From an uncultured delta proteobacterium (GTDB taxonomy: Bacteria > Desulfobacterota > Binatia > UBA9968), in the NCBI GenBank assembly GCA_963755715.1, contig CAVWLW010000065.1, positions 15,914 through 79,913 of the forward strand: a stretch of 64,000 bases of DNA, given 5' to 3'. Position 1 is the first letter of the stretch. Each line of letters starts with the position of its first letter. A program made the position numbers and the translations under genes. A model generated the notes under the pieces. That model was not told the origin of the DNA. It saw nothing but the letters and a program-made list of their open reading frames with translations, and made no database searches. Of the stretch, positions 34,336 to 44,649 are shown piece after piece.

Positions 34336-34935
34336 ATGAAATTGAAAACCCGGTTGTTTTTATCAATTGTCGCGGTTTTGACGTTGTTTTGTGTTGGCAA
34401 ATCGGCCAACGCAGGCGAGCCGACTGAAGCCATTCGCGGCGCTGTGAATCAAGCCGTCGAGATTCTGAAGGACGCCAAGCTCGACAATCAAAAACAACGA
34501 GGTCAAATCATCGATCGATTGCGGCAAATTGTTTATCCGTTATTCGACTTCAATGAGATGGCGATGCGCTCGCTAGGGGCAAATTGGCGCCCCCTGAATC
34601 CGCAGCAGCGGAAGGAGTTCGTTTCGACTTTCACGGCTTTGCTGGAAAAGACCTACGCGGACCAAATCGATCTCTACCACGGCCAACAGGTAGTTTACAC
34701 CGGCGAAAGCATCGACAGTGATTACGCGCAAGTCGATTCCCGTATCATCGACAAGAACGGTCAAACGTATTCCGTCGTTTACAAGCTGCATAGAGTCGAT
34801 GGCAAATGGAGAATCTACGACGTCGTCGCGGAGAATATCAGTGTGGTCAACAACTATCGCGCGCAGTTCAATCGGGTGATTGCCAAGTCCTCATTCGAAG
34901 AACTCTTGAAAATGATGAAGCAGCAGGCGAGTTAG
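34336..34935 (+). CDS. mlaC: MlaC/Ttg2D phospholipid-binding protein
   Basis: FDFNEMAMRSLG and WRIYDVVAENISVVNNYRAQF. Confidence 0.88.
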   Translation: MKLKTRLFLSIVAVLTLFCVGKSANAGEPTEAIRGAVNQAVEILKDAKLDNQKQRGQIIDRLRQIVYPLFDFNEMAMRSLGANWRPLNPQQRKEFVSTFTALLEKTYADQIDLYHGQQVVYTGESIDSDYAQVDSRIIDKNGQTYSVVYKLHRVDGKWRIYDVVAENISVVNNYRAQFNRVIAKSSFEELLKMMKQQAS

Positions 34936-35012
34936 CGCGGGAAATCAAGGCAAGTCTGGTCCGGGTTCCGCCTCCAATCGGCAGCCAAGGCGAATCGAGA
35001 TGCCCCGACCCC

Positions 35013-35501
35013 TCAAGTCGCCGGCTGCTCCAATGCGAAAGCGATTTGCCTGAGCACATTTTTTTCTGCCTCTGAGACTCGCTCACCGCCGAATCCGAAG
35101 ATACCGCCTTCGTTTGACGCTTCGGCGACCCGCCGGCCAATGGCTAATAGCCATTTTTTAAACTCATCTGCTTCCTCGGGCTTGACCTTGCGCTTGAGGA
35201 GATCGTTCACGGCTCGCACGTGACTTAGCGCCGACTCCTTACACTGCTCCGGATCTTTTAATCCTTGGGGAGGTTCTGGTTTCGTTTGGCGCGCCTTTAG
35301 ATCGGCGGCCAACTCGGCAATAAGCGGATTGGAGCTACCTTTTTGCAGCATTTCCGCCATAGCCATGCCCATGGATAACATCTCTTTCATCACGCCCCAG
35401 GGTCCATTCGGACTCGCACAGGTAACCGCCAGTCCAACCATCGGCGCAGCGGCGACAATTGTTTTCCACTCTTCCGGCGTGAAATCAGCTTTGCTTGCCA
35501 T
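35013..35501 (-). CDS. Conserved hypothetical helical protein
   Basis: VAEASNEGGIFGFGGERVSEAE; AGGAGG RBS. Confidence 0.75.
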   Translation of the reverse strand: MASKADFTPEEWKTIVAAAPMVGLAVTCASPNGPWGVMKEMLSMGMAMAEMLQKGSSNPLIAELAADLKARQTKPEPPQGLKDPEQCKESALSHVRAVNDLLKRKVKPEEADEFKKWLLAIGRRVAEASNEGGIFGFGGERVSEAEKNVLRQIAFALEQPAT

Positions 35502-35723
35502 CGAAATTGCCTCCTGCTTCTGGCGTTGTGAATACTGCGGCACGCTGTGTCTAAATAATACGATGCACTAACCATCTGTCGATATCTAGAGCAGAACCCA
35601 CTTCGAGAGGGAAAGCGGGTACGAACTCTTTTCTTAATCGGAGAAAGGGGATCGATGCAGCATTTATCATAGCAGATCCGGGTGGTGCGCGGAGGCCTGC
35701 GGTTGCTGCTGGTGGAAGTCAGA

Positions 35724-36465
35724 TTATTTTACGCCGTACTTGTCGTGGTGACGGACCCACATGTCGCCCTGTTGGTTGAGATCTTCGGTGCCGCTCCAAC
35801 CCTCCTGTCGGCCAAGCGGCGTCAGATCGAGATAGTTATAGGTGCCGATGAGCAGATCGCCGCCGCGCGCATAAGTCGAGTAGGTGTGAAAGACGTCGTC
35901 GCCCTCGCGCACGAAAAACGCTCAAGCCCGGCAGCTCGCCCTTCGTGAACCAGGGCATGCCGGCTTTCTCGTGCGCCGCCTTGTCCCGGTAGTTGTATTC
36001 GACGGGCGCGACGTTCTCGTCCAGGGTGACATGGAAATCGTAATTGAAGTCGCTGCCGAACGAGGAGTACCAGGGGAAGCTCCAACCCATCTGCTTTTTA
36101 AACGGCTGGATTTTGGCGAGCGTCGCGCGCGAAACGACAGCCAACGAGGTGTCGCGCGCGTGCAGATGGGCGAGGTGGCCGATGTTGTCGACCAGAAACG
36201 AGCACATCGGACAGCCCTCGTCCCAGCTGGGGTCGAACATGAAGTGGTAGACGATGAGCTGGCGTCGTCCGCCGAACAAATCGAGCAAGCGCAGTTTCCC
36301 GGCCGGGCCCTCGAAGACATACTCTTTGTCGATCTTGACTCTCGGCAACTTACGGCGCTCAGCGTTCAGCGCGTCGCGCTGGCGGGTGAATTCCTTTTCT
36401 TTGGCAAGCAGCTCCTTGCGGGCGACAAGCCACGCATCTCGCGAGACGACTTTCGGATAATCCAT
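35724..36465 (-). CDS. DUF899 thioredoxin-like protein (frameshift near 35915)
   Basis: YHFMF...GCPMCSF, SDFNYDF, then HTYSTYARG and [10 protein letters not shown] in the shifted frame. Confidence 0.88.
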
Positions 36466-36609
36466 TTTGCTCTCCTTTTTTGAGTTCGATAGGCTTCGCG
36501 GCGATATTCGCGGCACGATGAGCGCATTCGCTCGACGGAGGTCGCGCCGCGACTTTCAGTTAGACGGTCATAATGGCCGAGGCATATCGAGATCATTTCG
36601 TTCTATCAG

Positions 36610-36639
36610 TACGACGGATGAGCAAAACATTTCAGGACA
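36610..36639 (-). promoter_or_regulatory. ECF promoter class B, TGTCCT-N17-CGTCGTA
   Basis: Upstream of DUF899. Confidence 0.8.
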
Positions 36640-36675
36640 ATTGCCTTGATTTTTTTTGGCTGCCAAGTGAAAGCT

Positions 36676-36828
36676 CGTCATGCCGGCAAACGCCGGCATC
36701 CAGGTTCGTTTTCGAGTTCAAGTTCGAAACCCGCCTGGATTCCGGCTTCCGCCGGAACGAGAGGAACAAGAGTCGACTTCCAGTCGACAAATTCAGAACC
36801 CCTCGGTTTGGAACCGAGGGTCGTTCAG
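36676..36828. repeat. Palindromic repeat family A copy
   Basis: CGTCATGCCGGCAAACGCCGGCATCCAGG...CCTGGATTCCGGCTTCCGCCGGAACGA plus a tail; nearly identical to 52806..52900. Confidence 0.85.
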
Positions 36829-36865
36829 AGGCTACCGCAAGCGACGCAACTGGATTGTTCGATCT

Positions 36866-37276
36866 TCAGGCGGCCTGCTCGCAGTTAACCATCCACGGAA
36901 TCCCGAATTGATCGACAAGCATTCCGAAACGCACGGCCCAGAAAGTCTTCTGGATCGGCATTTTCACTGTTCCGTTTTTTGCCAATGCGTCAAATATGCG
37001 TTCCGCGTCTGTCGGGTCGTCGATGCCGACCGTCACAGAGAATCCTTTTGATTCTTCATAGCGGTCAGGTGGAGCGTCGGAACCCATCAACACCTCGTCA
37101 CCGACGATTAGACGGGCGTGGAGGATCTTATTGCGCCATTCGGCTGGCACTTGTTCCTCCGCCGGCGTACCCACATGTGTGACCATTGCGACGATTTTGC
37201 CGCCAAGGCACTGCTCGTAGAACTTGAACGCTGCCTCGCATTGGCCGTTGAAAGTAAGATAAGAATTCAATTTCAT
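36866..37276 (-). CDS. PhnB/YjdN-like VOC protein
   Basis: YLTFNGQCEAA, LMGSD and GMLVDQFGIPWMV. Confidence 0.9.
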   Translation of the reverse strand: MKLNSYLTFNGQCEAAFKFYEQCLGGKIVAMVTHVGTPAEEQVPAEWRNKILHARLIVGDEVLMGSDAPPDRYEESKGFSVTVGIDDPTDAERIFDALAKNGTVKMPIQKTFWAVRFGMLVDQFGIPWMVNCEQAA

Positions 37277-37386
37277 AATGCGCTCCTTTGACTAATGGGT
37301 CATCCAGAAAATCCGTTTGCGTGAGGGTCGCCGGAAATCTTGAGGTTCCACGAAGTCGACACTCGACTGACTCCGCGCTCTAACTG

Positions 37387-37416
37387 TACGATGAACGAAG
37401 CCCGAAGAAATCGACA
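37387..37416 (-). promoter_or_regulatory. ECF promoter, hybrid TGTCGA-N17-CATCGTA
   Basis: Upstream of the PhnB-like gene; class A -35 with a class B-like -10. Confidence 0.65.
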
Positions 37417-37487
37417 CGGCAGACGATCTTTTTTCTACAAGCTATCGAAGATTTGCTCAGACCGTAGATTTTTCATCCTTCGAGCGC

Positions 37488-37865
37488 TCAAGATCGGGTC
37501 GAGGGAGGCGTCAGCCGCCAGCGGCCGTAGGCGACGAAGGCCGCGAGAATCCCGACCACCAGCGGGATCGGCGCCGATGCGAAATCACCGGCCGCCAGCG
37601 TGTACACGGTGGCGCCGATCATAACGATCACCAGCCCCGTGGCGGCCAACGGTGTCAGAGCCGGCCGTATGCGCAGGAGCCAAGGGAGGATCACTCCGAT
37701 CGCGCCGAGCACCTCGACGATGCCCGTGAAACGGAGGAACCACCCCGGCAACGGTATCGGCATCTGCTTCGTCATTTCCTCGATCGGTATGACTAGCTTC
37801 ATTCCTCCAGCGAACAGAAAGATAGCCGCGAGCAGCGCCTGAGCGATCCATAGTGCAATGTTCAT
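37488..37865 (-). CDS. DoxX family membrane protein
   Basis: LWIAQALLA..F..AG.MK, EVLGAIGVILP and AYGRW. Confidence 0.88.
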   Translation of the reverse strand: MNIALWIAQALLAAIFLFAGGMKLVIPIEEMTKQMPIPLPGWFLRFTGIVEVLGAIGVILPWLLRIRPALTPLAATGLVIVMIGATVYTLAAGDFASAPIPLVVGILAAFVAYGRWRLTPPSTRS

Positions 37866-38099
37866 GATCGGTCTCCTTCGTTGTGATTCGCAGCTGTTAT
37901 TGCTCTACACTGCGGAATACTTACTGTTATCGATTCTTCTCCGTTACGTGCTTGTAATAAAGTTCAACGATCTGTGAATTATGAGTTTTATCTTTGATCA
38001 ATCTTAGTTTAATGCCGTGACGCGAGTCTTTAAACACGGCGAACATGAAAATTTATTTTCAGCGGGTAACCGCAACACCGATGACGATTTGTGCGAAAA

Positions 38100-38549
38100 C
38101 TAGTTTCCTTTGAAGCCACTGCGCAGTGGAATGAGCGCGCGCAACCGGTCATCGCGCACGTAAAGCCCGCCCCAAATCAGCACTGCGATATAGACTGGGA
38201 ACAATGTGTGGCTGAAGAGCGGGCTTCCCACGCGCACATGCGTGGCGATGGCGCCGCCGAGATAGCCGGTTAGCAGAATCGCGCCGAGAATAGCCGTGCG
38301 CGGAATCATGTAAAGAACAGTGCAGGTAAGGAGGACGATTCCAAGACCGAGCAAGACGCTTTCGGGATAGCCGAGCTGAACGGTGCCCTCCACGACCGGT
38401 GCGGGTTTCACCAGTTTTCCGACGCCGTCTACGAGCAGGAACAGGGCAGGGAGACCGCTCATAATGCGTCCGGTCCAGAGCCTCCCCTTGGAGAGGGGCG
38501 TGGATTGAGCATCTGCTTGGCGGGCGTGCATTGTCGTAGTTGCTTCCAT
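38100..38549 (-). CDS. DoxX family membrane protein
   Basis: LGYP, PRTAILGAILLTGYLGGAIATH and WGGLYVRD. Confidence 0.88.
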   Translation of the reverse strand: MEATTTMHARQADAQSTPLSKGRLWTGRIMSGLPALFLLVDGVGKLVKPAPVVEGTVQLGYPESVLLGLGIVLLTCTVLYMIPRTAILGAILLTGYLGGAIATHVRVGSPLFSHTLFPVYIAVLIWGGLYVRDDRLRALIPLRSGFKGN

Positions 38550-38678
38550 GGCGTCTCCTTTCAGCTTTTCGTCCTAGGGTTACCAGATCTTTTTGACACT
38601 TTCGGATGGATCCTCAGTGGAATTTATTTGTGTTGTAGTCATAGCTTTCTGGTTGGCGATCTTCTTCCGGTCCAATTC

Positions 38679-38708
38679 TACGACGAGCGAAATGAGCTCT
38701 TCAGGACA
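38679..38708 (-). promoter_or_regulatory. ECF promoter class B, TGTCCT-N17-CGTCGTA
   Basis: Upstream of the DoxX gene at 38549. Confidence 0.8.
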
Positions 38709-38733
38709 TCTCATGTTTCGTCTTCGTGCGCGC

Positions 38734-39093
38734 TCAGGCGTCGACCAGGACCTTGAATCCGCCCCAGAACATGCGCTTGCCATCGAACGGCATCGACTTT
38801 GGATCCATCATCTTTGCCAGGCGCGGGTCCTTCATGACCTTCGCGTTGACACGGTCGCGATGCGCACGCGACTTGAACACAATCCACGAGAACACCACCG
38901 TCTCGCCGGGCTTGAGCTTGACGCTCTGCGGGAACGACGTGCGCTTGCCCGGCTTCACGTCGTCGGCGACGCACTCGGTGAACTCGAGAGCGCCGTGATC
39001 GCGCCAAACTTTTCCAGCCTTCTGGGCCATGCGACGATAGGCCTGCAGCTTCTTTTTCGGCACCGGCAAAACGTAACCATCGACGTAGCGCAT
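38734..39093 (-). CDS. DUF1428 (YbaA-like) protein
   Basis: YVDGYVLPVP, ETVVFSW and MPFDGKRMFWGGF. Confidence 0.9.
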   Translation of the reverse strand: MRYVDGYVLPVPKKKLQAYRRMAQKAGKVWRDHGALEFTECVADDVKPGKRTSFPQSVKLKPGETVVFSWIVFKSRAHRDRVNAKVMKDPRLAKMMDPKSMPFDGKRMFWGGFKVLVDA

Positions 39094-39157
39094 AAAAATC
39101 TCCCTTGGTTTGCTGAAAAAATATAGAAACAGATCACTATCGCGATGCGACGAATCT

Positions 39158-39454
39158 CTAGCCGCCGGCGATTGCCCCCACGATCATAAAGGGCTCGGCG
39201 CCACTCGCGACAGCCTGGGGCAGCGGCGCGTCCGGCGCTTCGTGGGAGAGATCTTCCCCGCACGCGAAAAATCGCACGAATGCTCGGCGTTTTTTCGTGG
39301 TGTGGTCGCGGATCGTGCCGCGCAACATCGGATAACGAGCCTCGAGCGCGTCGAGCACCGAACGCTGCGTGACCTCACCCTCGACGTCGAGCTTCACCTC
39401 GCCGTCGACTTGCGCGAGCTTGCGCAGATGTGCTGGGAGCGTGACACGGATCAT
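39158..39454 (-). CDS. MoaD/ThiS ubiquitin-like protein
   Basis: 98 aa ending AIAGG; overlaps the stop of the upstream gene (ATGA). Confidence 0.88.
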   Translation of the reverse strand: MIRVTLPAHLRKLAQVDGEVKLDVEGEVTQRSVLDALEARYPMLRGTIRDHTTKKRRAFVRFFACGEDLSHEAPDAPLPQAVASGAEPFMIVGAIAGG

Positions 39455-40638
39455 GGCAGCGTCTGGACCTCGACGGACACCACGGCCGGAAGATCGCGGA
39501 CAATGGGCGCCCAGTTGTCGCCCGCGTCGGCGGATGCATACACCTGCCCGCCGGTCGTGCCGAAGTACACGCCGCACTTATCGAGCGAGTCGACGGCCAT
39601 GGCGTCGCGCAGCACGTTGACATAGCAGTCGCTCTGCGGCAGGCCTTTGGTGAGCGCTTCCCACTCGTTGCCGCCAGATCGGCTGCGGTACACGCGGAGC
39701 TTGCCGTCGGGCGGAAAATGTTCCGAGTCGCTCTTGATCGGCACGACGTAGATGGTCTCCGGCTCATGCGCATGAACGTCGATCGCGAAGCCGAAGTCGG
39801 TCGGCAGATTGCCGCTGATCTCATGCCACGACTCGCCGGCATCGTCGCTGCGCATGACGTCCCAGTGCTTCTGCATGAACAGCACGTCCGGGCGCGAGCG
39901 ATGCATCGCGATGCGATGAACGCAGTGGCCGATCTCCGCGGTCGGATCAGGGATATAGAGTGAATGCAGGCCGCGGTTGATCGGCTGCCAAGTCTTGCCG
40001 CCGTCATCGGTGCGAAACGTGCCAGCCGAAGAGATGGCGACGAACATTCGTTCCTGGTTACTTGGATCGAGAAGGATGGTGTGCAGGCACATTCCTCCGG
40101 CGCCCGGCGCCACATTGTCACCTGAACCGTGGCCTCGCAGGCCGGCGAGCTCGCGCCACGATTTGCCACCGTCGGTGGAGCGGAACAGGGCAGCGTCTTC
40201 GACGCCGGCGTAAACCGTGTCGGGATCAGTCAGCGACGGTTCGAGATGCCAGACGCGCTTGAACTCCCACGGATGCGCCGTGCCGTCGTACCATTGGTGC
40301 GTGGTGAGCGGCTTGCCCGTTTCGGCGGATGTATCGTAAACAAACTTGTTGCTCTCGCCCTTGGGCGTGCCGTCCGGGGCGGTGGTCGGTTCGCCTGGCG
40401 GCGTTCCCGGTTGGTGCCATGTCTTTCCGCCATCATCTGAGCGTTGAATGATCTGCCCAAACCAGCTGCTGGACTGCGACGCATACAACCGGTTCGGATC
40501 CGCTGGAGATCCCTTGAGGTGATACATCTCCCAGCCGGCAAAGTGGGGGCTGCTGACCTCCCATTTTTCACGCTTTCCGTCCGACGTGAGAATAAATGCG
40601 CCTTTGCGCGTGCCTACCAATACTCGTACTCCGCTCAT
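39451..40638 (-). CDS. BNR/Asp-box beta-propeller (sialidase-like), no signal peptide
   Basis: Repeated SxDGGxTW Asp boxes. Confidence 0.88.
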   Translation of the reverse strand: MSGVRVLVGTRKGAFILTSDGKREKWEVSSPHFAGWEMYHLKGSPADPNRLYASQSSSWFGQIIQRSDDGGKTWHQPGTPPGEPTTAPDGTPKGESNKFVYDTSAETGKPLTTHQWYDGTAHPWEFKRVWHLEPSLTDPDTVYAGVEDAALFRSTDGGKSWRELAGLRGHGSGDNVAPGAGGMCLHTILLDPSNQERMFVAISSAGTFRTDDGGKTWQPINRGLHSLYIPDPTAEIGHCVHRIAMHRSRPDVLFMQKHWDVMRSDDAGESWHEISGNLPTDFGFAIDVHAHEPETIYVVPIKSDSEHFPPDGKLRVYRSRSGGNEWEALTKGLPQSDCYVNVLRDAMAVDSLDKCGVYFGTTGGQVYASADAGDNWAPIVRDLPAVVSVEVQTLP

Positions 40639-40679
40639 GTCTTTCTCCTTATTGATTGAGTTTCGCGCGCCGCGTTATT

Positions 40680-41153
40680 TTATTGTTGCTCGTTTGCTCT
40701 CTTCAGACTTGCGATGTCGAGCTTGTCCATTTGCAGCATGGCGTTCATAACTCGCTTCGATTTCTCGGCATCCTTGTCTTGCAGCAATTGACCCAGGACG
40801 GTCGGCACAATTTGCCACGACACGCCGAATTTATCTTTAAGCCAACCGCATCTCTGCTTTTCCCCGCCCTCGGAGAGCTTTTCCCAGAATTTATCGACCT
40901 CTTCCTGCGTCTCGCAATGCACGAAGAACGATATGGCCGGCGAGAAGGTGAACATGGGACCGCCGTTCAATGCGATGAACTCTTGTCCCTGGAGTTCGAA
41001 GGTCGCGGACATGACCGATCCTTTCGGTCCGGGTCCTGCCTCGCCAGAGCGCATCATGCTCACAATCTTTGAGTTTGGAAAGATGGAAGTGTAGAAGTTC
41101 GCGGCCTCTTCGGCTTTGCCATCGAACCACAAAAACGGTGTGATTTTTTGCAT
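40680..41153 (-). CDS. VOC protein (3-dmu-9_3-mt family)
   Basis: [14 protein letters not shown] and [14 protein letters not shown]. Confidence 0.92.
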   Translation of the reverse strand: MQKITPFLWFDGKAEEAANFYTSIFPNSKIVSMMRSGEAGPGPKGSVMSATFELQGQEFIALNGGPMFTFSPAISFFVHCETQEEVDKFWEKLSEGGEKQRCGWLKDKFGVSWQIVPTVLGQLLQDKDAEKSKRVMNAMLQMDKLDIASLKRANEQQ

Positions 41154-41176
41154 ATCGTTTTATTCCTATGCTGATT

Positions 41177-41587
41177 TCAAGGCGCAACCGTAACCATCCA
41201 GCCGACGCCGAAGCGATCTGCAACCATGCCGAAGCAGGGCGACCAGAAGGTTTTGCCGAGCGGCATTTGCACCTGCCCGCCTTCGGCCAGCGCGGCGAAC
41301 TTTCGTTTCGCGTCGGCTTCATCAGCCGCCGTGAGCGATAATGAAAATCCCTGAAAATTTGTCCCTTCGCTGCAACCGTCGGAGGCCATCACATTAGCGT
41401 TGCCGATGCGCAAGGTCGCGTGCATGATCTTGTTCTCCCAGCCCGGCGGCACCATCCCCGGCGGCGTGGGTTCCGGACTTTCTTTGTAACGCATCAGCAT
41501 CAAAACCTCGGCGCCAAGCGCCTTTTTGTAAAACTCGATCGCCTCTTCGCAGCGGCCGTTAAAAAATAGATAGGGTTCGATAGCCAT
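41177..41587 (-). CDS. PhnB/YjdN-like VOC protein
   Basis: PYLFFNGRCEEA, MASD and DRFGVGWMV. Confidence 0.9.
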   Translation of the reverse strand: MAIEPYLFFNGRCEEAIEFYKKALGAEVLMLMRYKESPEPTPPGMVPPGWENKIMHATLRIGNANVMASDGCSEGTNFQGFSLSLTAADEADAKRKFAALAEGGQVQMPLGKTFWSPCFGMVADRFGVGWMVTVAP

Positions 41588-41674
41588 AATCGCATCTCCT
41601 TTTTGTGGGTTGGTATTTCTTGATCGTTCTAATGGGTTTTTTAAACAGGCACGACGCCGAGCGACATCGCTCGC

Positions 41675-42055
41675 TCACGGATTCTCGGCGGCATTGACCT
41701 TTGCGGTAGATTCCTCGTCGAGGGCGCGGATCTCGAAAGTCGCCACGCGAATCCCCGGATGTTTCGACATCAATTCGGTTGCGTGATTTAGATCGATGGC
41801 ATCGAGCAAGAGAACACCGCCGATTTGTTCCTTGGTTTCAGCGTATGGGCCGTCGGTGATGGATACCTTGCCATTCCGGTAGCGCAAAGTTCTCGCGTTT
41901 TGCGCATTTTGCAGCGCCTCCAGGCGAACGAAATGACCATTCCTTTTAAGGACGTTGTCGTAAGCGAAACATTCCTTGATGAAGGTCTCACGCTCGCTAT
42001 CAGACATGACGTCGAACTTTTGTTCATCTATGTGTGACAGACAAAGAAGCTTCAT
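41675..42055 (-). CDS. YciI/DGPF family protein
   Basis: [13 protein letters not shown] and FEIR. Confidence 0.88.
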   Translation of the reverse strand: MKLLCLSHIDEQKFDVMSDSERETFIKECFAYDNVLKRNGHFVRLEALQNAQNARTLRYRNGKVSITDGPYAETKEQIGGVLLLDAIDLNHATELMSKHPGIRVATFEIRALDEESTAKVNAAENP

Positions 42056-42091
42056 AATCTTTTCCTTGCGGCATTTACCTACCGATATCCA

Positions 42092-42120
42092 GTAGTCGTT
42101 CAGCCGCCACGGAATCGACA
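42092..42120 (-). promoter_or_regulatory. ECF42 promoter class A, TGTCGA-N16-CGACTAC
   Basis: Upstream of the DGPF gene at 42055; the spacer is one base shorter than in the other copies. Confidence 0.72.
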
Positions 42121-42165
42121 TCCTAAACTAAAAATATTCGACCCAACGGCAGCTTTTACGGTAAT

Positions 42166-42522
42166 TCAGCACTCCAACTCGGCAATGCAACGCACTTCGA
42201 CCGTGCCCCCCGCCGGAAGCGTCGGGATGCGCGCCGCGATCGACATCGCCTCGTTCAGATCCATGCAATCGATAAGGTGGTAGCCGCCGAGTTGCTCTTT
42301 GGTCTCGGCGAAGGGCCCATCGGTAAGTACTGTCCTGCCGTTCTTCATGCGCACTGTCTTCGCTGACGGCGCCGGGTGGAGTTTTGCTCCGCCGCGGAAG
42401 TGGCCAGTGTCGACGAGATTCTGTACCCAATCTCCATAGTCCTGCATAATCTTGTCCTTCTGCGCGCCGGGTAAGTTGTTCCAGGCAGTCTCGTCGAAAC
42501 AGCACATCAGCATATATTGCAT
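42166..42522 (-). CDS. YciI/DGPF family protein
   Basis: [14 protein letters not shown] and VEVR. Confidence 0.9.
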   Translation of the reverse strand: MQYMLMCCFDETAWNNLPGAQKDKIMQDYGDWVQNLVDTGHFRGGAKLHPAPSAKTVRMKNGRTVLTDGPFAETKEQLGGYHLIDCMDLNEAMSIAARIPTLPAGGTVEVRCIAELEC

Positions 42523-42631
42523 AGTGATCTCTCCATTCTGAAACTCGGCAGTAGCAGAGCGGCATAAAGCTGCTTCTGCACAAACCCCAGATGATTTAGC
42601 TTACCGAGTGGCGAAACTTCCCGACATGGGT

Positions 42632-43510
42632 TCACGCTTCGAGCGGAATCCAAATCTCCATTCCGCCCATACCGGTTTTGGGATTGAACTCTTCGGTGTA
42701 GCGCTCGAAGCACGGGGCGCTCGCCACTTTGAGCCCCGCTTGGGGCACCCACTCGTTCCATATTTTGTCGATAGTATTGCCGATGGCAGAGACATTGTCC
42801 GGGTGCGTGAAGACCGCATATTCGCGGGCGGGGAGTCGTACGGTCGCGAACTCAGCCGGGAGTCCCTTGGCGTCCTTCACTTCGACACCCGAGAGATACT
42901 CGAATCCACGCCCCGGCGATACGTTCCAACAAACGCCGTAGGAAACTTGACCCATCTGTCCGGGGACCTTGCCGATTTTCGGGGCAAACCGTTCCCATTG
43001 TGCGGGAATCTTGGCCCGGGTTTCGAACGTGTAGCTCTCGTTCAAACCGGCGACAACGATCTCCTTGGCATGCTCAAAGCGGGGTGCTCCGAGCCCCAGC
43101 GCCTGGGCGCGAATGCTGGCTTCTTGCCTGCGCAGTTCCGGCGTAAACTCGGCGCCGAAATCTTCCGCCTCGAAAAGTGGGCGAATCTCGACCTCGCCAT
43201 CCTCGTTGTACGGATTGGGGCAGCGCTTGACCCACTCGATCGCCTCTTCTTTGGACTTGCACTGCCATAGCCAGTAGCCGGCGATCAGTTCTTTGGTCTC
43301 GGCGAAGGGCCCGTCGATCACGGTGCGCTGGCCGCCGGAAAACCTGACACGCGCGGCTTTGGAGGTCGGATGCAGTCCCTCCCCAGCAAGCATCACGCCG
43401 GCTTTCACCAGCTCTTCATTGAATTGGCCCATCTCGGTGAGGAGTCGCTCGCTCGGCATCACGCCTGCTTCCGAGTCCTTAGTGGCCTTGACCAAGATCA
43501 TGAATCGCAT
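42632..43510 (-). CDS. YciI/DGPF domain fused to a GyrI-like effector-binding domain
   Basis: N-terminal DGPFAETKELIAGYW; C-terminal IPAQWERF, YAVFTH, FERYTEEF and EIWIP. Confidence 0.88.
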   Translation of the reverse strand: MRFMILVKATKDSEAGVMPSERLLTEMGQFNEELVKAGVMLAGEGLHPTSKAARVRFSGGQRTVIDGPFAETKELIAGYWLWQCKSKEEAIEWVKRCPNPYNEDGEVEIRPLFEAEDFGAEFTPELRRQEASIRAQALGLGAPRFEHAKEIVVAGLNESYTFETRAKIPAQWERFAPKIGKVPGQMGQVSYGVCWNVSPGRGFEYLSGVEVKDAKGLPAEFATVRLPAREYAVFTHPDNVSAIGNTIDKIWNEWVPQAGLKVASAPCFERYTEEFNPKTGMGGMEIWIPLEA

Positions 43511-43580
43511 CGTCGTATCTCCTTCTGTCTTTTTGATCGGCCGCGCCGTGGCTCTGGGGTTAAATCACTGCTGATATTCC

Positions 43581-43610
43581 TTAGTCGATCGGCTCGGCGC
43601 AAAATCGACA
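43581..43610 (-). promoter_or_regulatory. ECF42 promoter class A, TGTCGA-N17-CGACTAA
   Basis: Upstream of the DGPF-GyrI gene. Confidence 0.8.
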
Positions 43611-43615
43611 GCCGT

Positions 43616-44002
43616 TCACTCTGCGCCGGGCGTGTTAAGTCCGAGCGCGAGCGTCTGCGCATCCTCCGCGATCGGCCGCACCTCGACGCAGCCGAAGCGC
43701 GCGCCCGGGATCTTGGCGGCTACCCGGATCGCCTCGTTCAGATCCCTGGCCTCGATGACGTAATAGCCGCCGAACTGCTCCTTGGTCTCGGCGAAAGGTC
43801 CGTCGGTTGTCGACACCTTGCCGTCGCGCACGCGGACAGTGATCGCCGTATCGGCGGGGGTCAGCCGATTGGCGCCGATAAAGTGACCGTTTCTTTTGAT
43901 GTCGGCCGTGAACTCAGCGTACTCCTGGAAGTGCTGCTCCGCATCGGCCGGCGCCATTTGCTCCATCACGGTCTCGGCGCAGATCAGGCAAATGAATTTC
44001 AT
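43616..44002 (-). CDS. YciI/DGPF family protein
   Basis: DGPFAETKEQFGGY and VEVRP. Confidence 0.9.
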   Translation of the reverse strand: MKFICLICAETVMEQMAPADAEQHFQEYAEFTADIKRNGHFIGANRLTPADTAITVRVRDGKVSTTDGPFAETKEQFGGYYVIEARDLNEAIRVAAKIPGARFGCVEVRPIAEDAQTLALGLNTPGAE

Positions 44003-44156
44003 CTCGTCTCCTTTTTTTGTCGAACGGCGTCAATCAACCAACGACCCACAGCCCACGTCGCCGGCATTTCGTCGTGGCCCGAGGACTTAGGGATGTTCAG
44101 GCGCGCTGGGAGCATCAGGATGGTCACGTTGATCTGCGAGAACCGGGTTTCTCACA

Positions 44157-44549
44157 TCATTCGCCCTTTGAACGGCGCCGCTCACTCTCGTGGATCATTT
44201 CGGTCAAGTCCTCAGCCGGCCGAATCTCGAAGGGTCCTGCCTTCACACCTGGATGCTTCGACATCAACTGGATGGCGTGGTTAAGGTCTTTGGCCTCGAG
44301 CACGAGGATCCCGCCCAACTGTTCTTTCGTCTCGGCATACGGGCCATCGGTGATGGACACCTTGCCGTTCTTCCATCGCAGCGTGGTAGCGTTCCCAGCG
44401 CCTTGGAGCGCTTCTCCACCAACAAAGTGACCTTTTTTTCGCAGCACGTCGTCGTAGGCGAAGCACTCATCGACCATGGCGTTCCGCTCGGTTTCGGACA
44501 TCGTTTCCCACTTCTTCTCTTCCATGTATCCAAGGCATACGTATTTCAT
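44157..44549 (-). CDS. YciI/DGPF family protein
   Basis: [13 protein letters not shown] and FEIRP. Confidence 0.9.
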   Translation of the reverse strand: MKYVCLGYMEEKKWETMSETERNAMVDECFAYDDVLRKKGHFVGGEALQGAGNATTLRWKNGKVSITDGPYAETKEQLGGILVLEAKDLNHAIQLMSKHPGVKAGPFEIRPAEDLTEMIHESERRRSKGE

Positions 44550-44588
44550 AATTTCCTCCTGATCGTATTTGATTGGTCGTTTCACCCT

Positions 44589-44618
44589 GTAGTCGTTCAG
44601 GCGAGCCCAGAATCGACA
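44589..44618 (-). promoter_or_regulatory. ECF42 promoter class A, TGTCGA-N17-CGACTAC
   Basis: Between sigma 2 and the first DGPF gene. Confidence 0.8.
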
Positions 44619-44649
44619 ACGGGACTTTAGAAAAACTGCTTTCGCGGTC

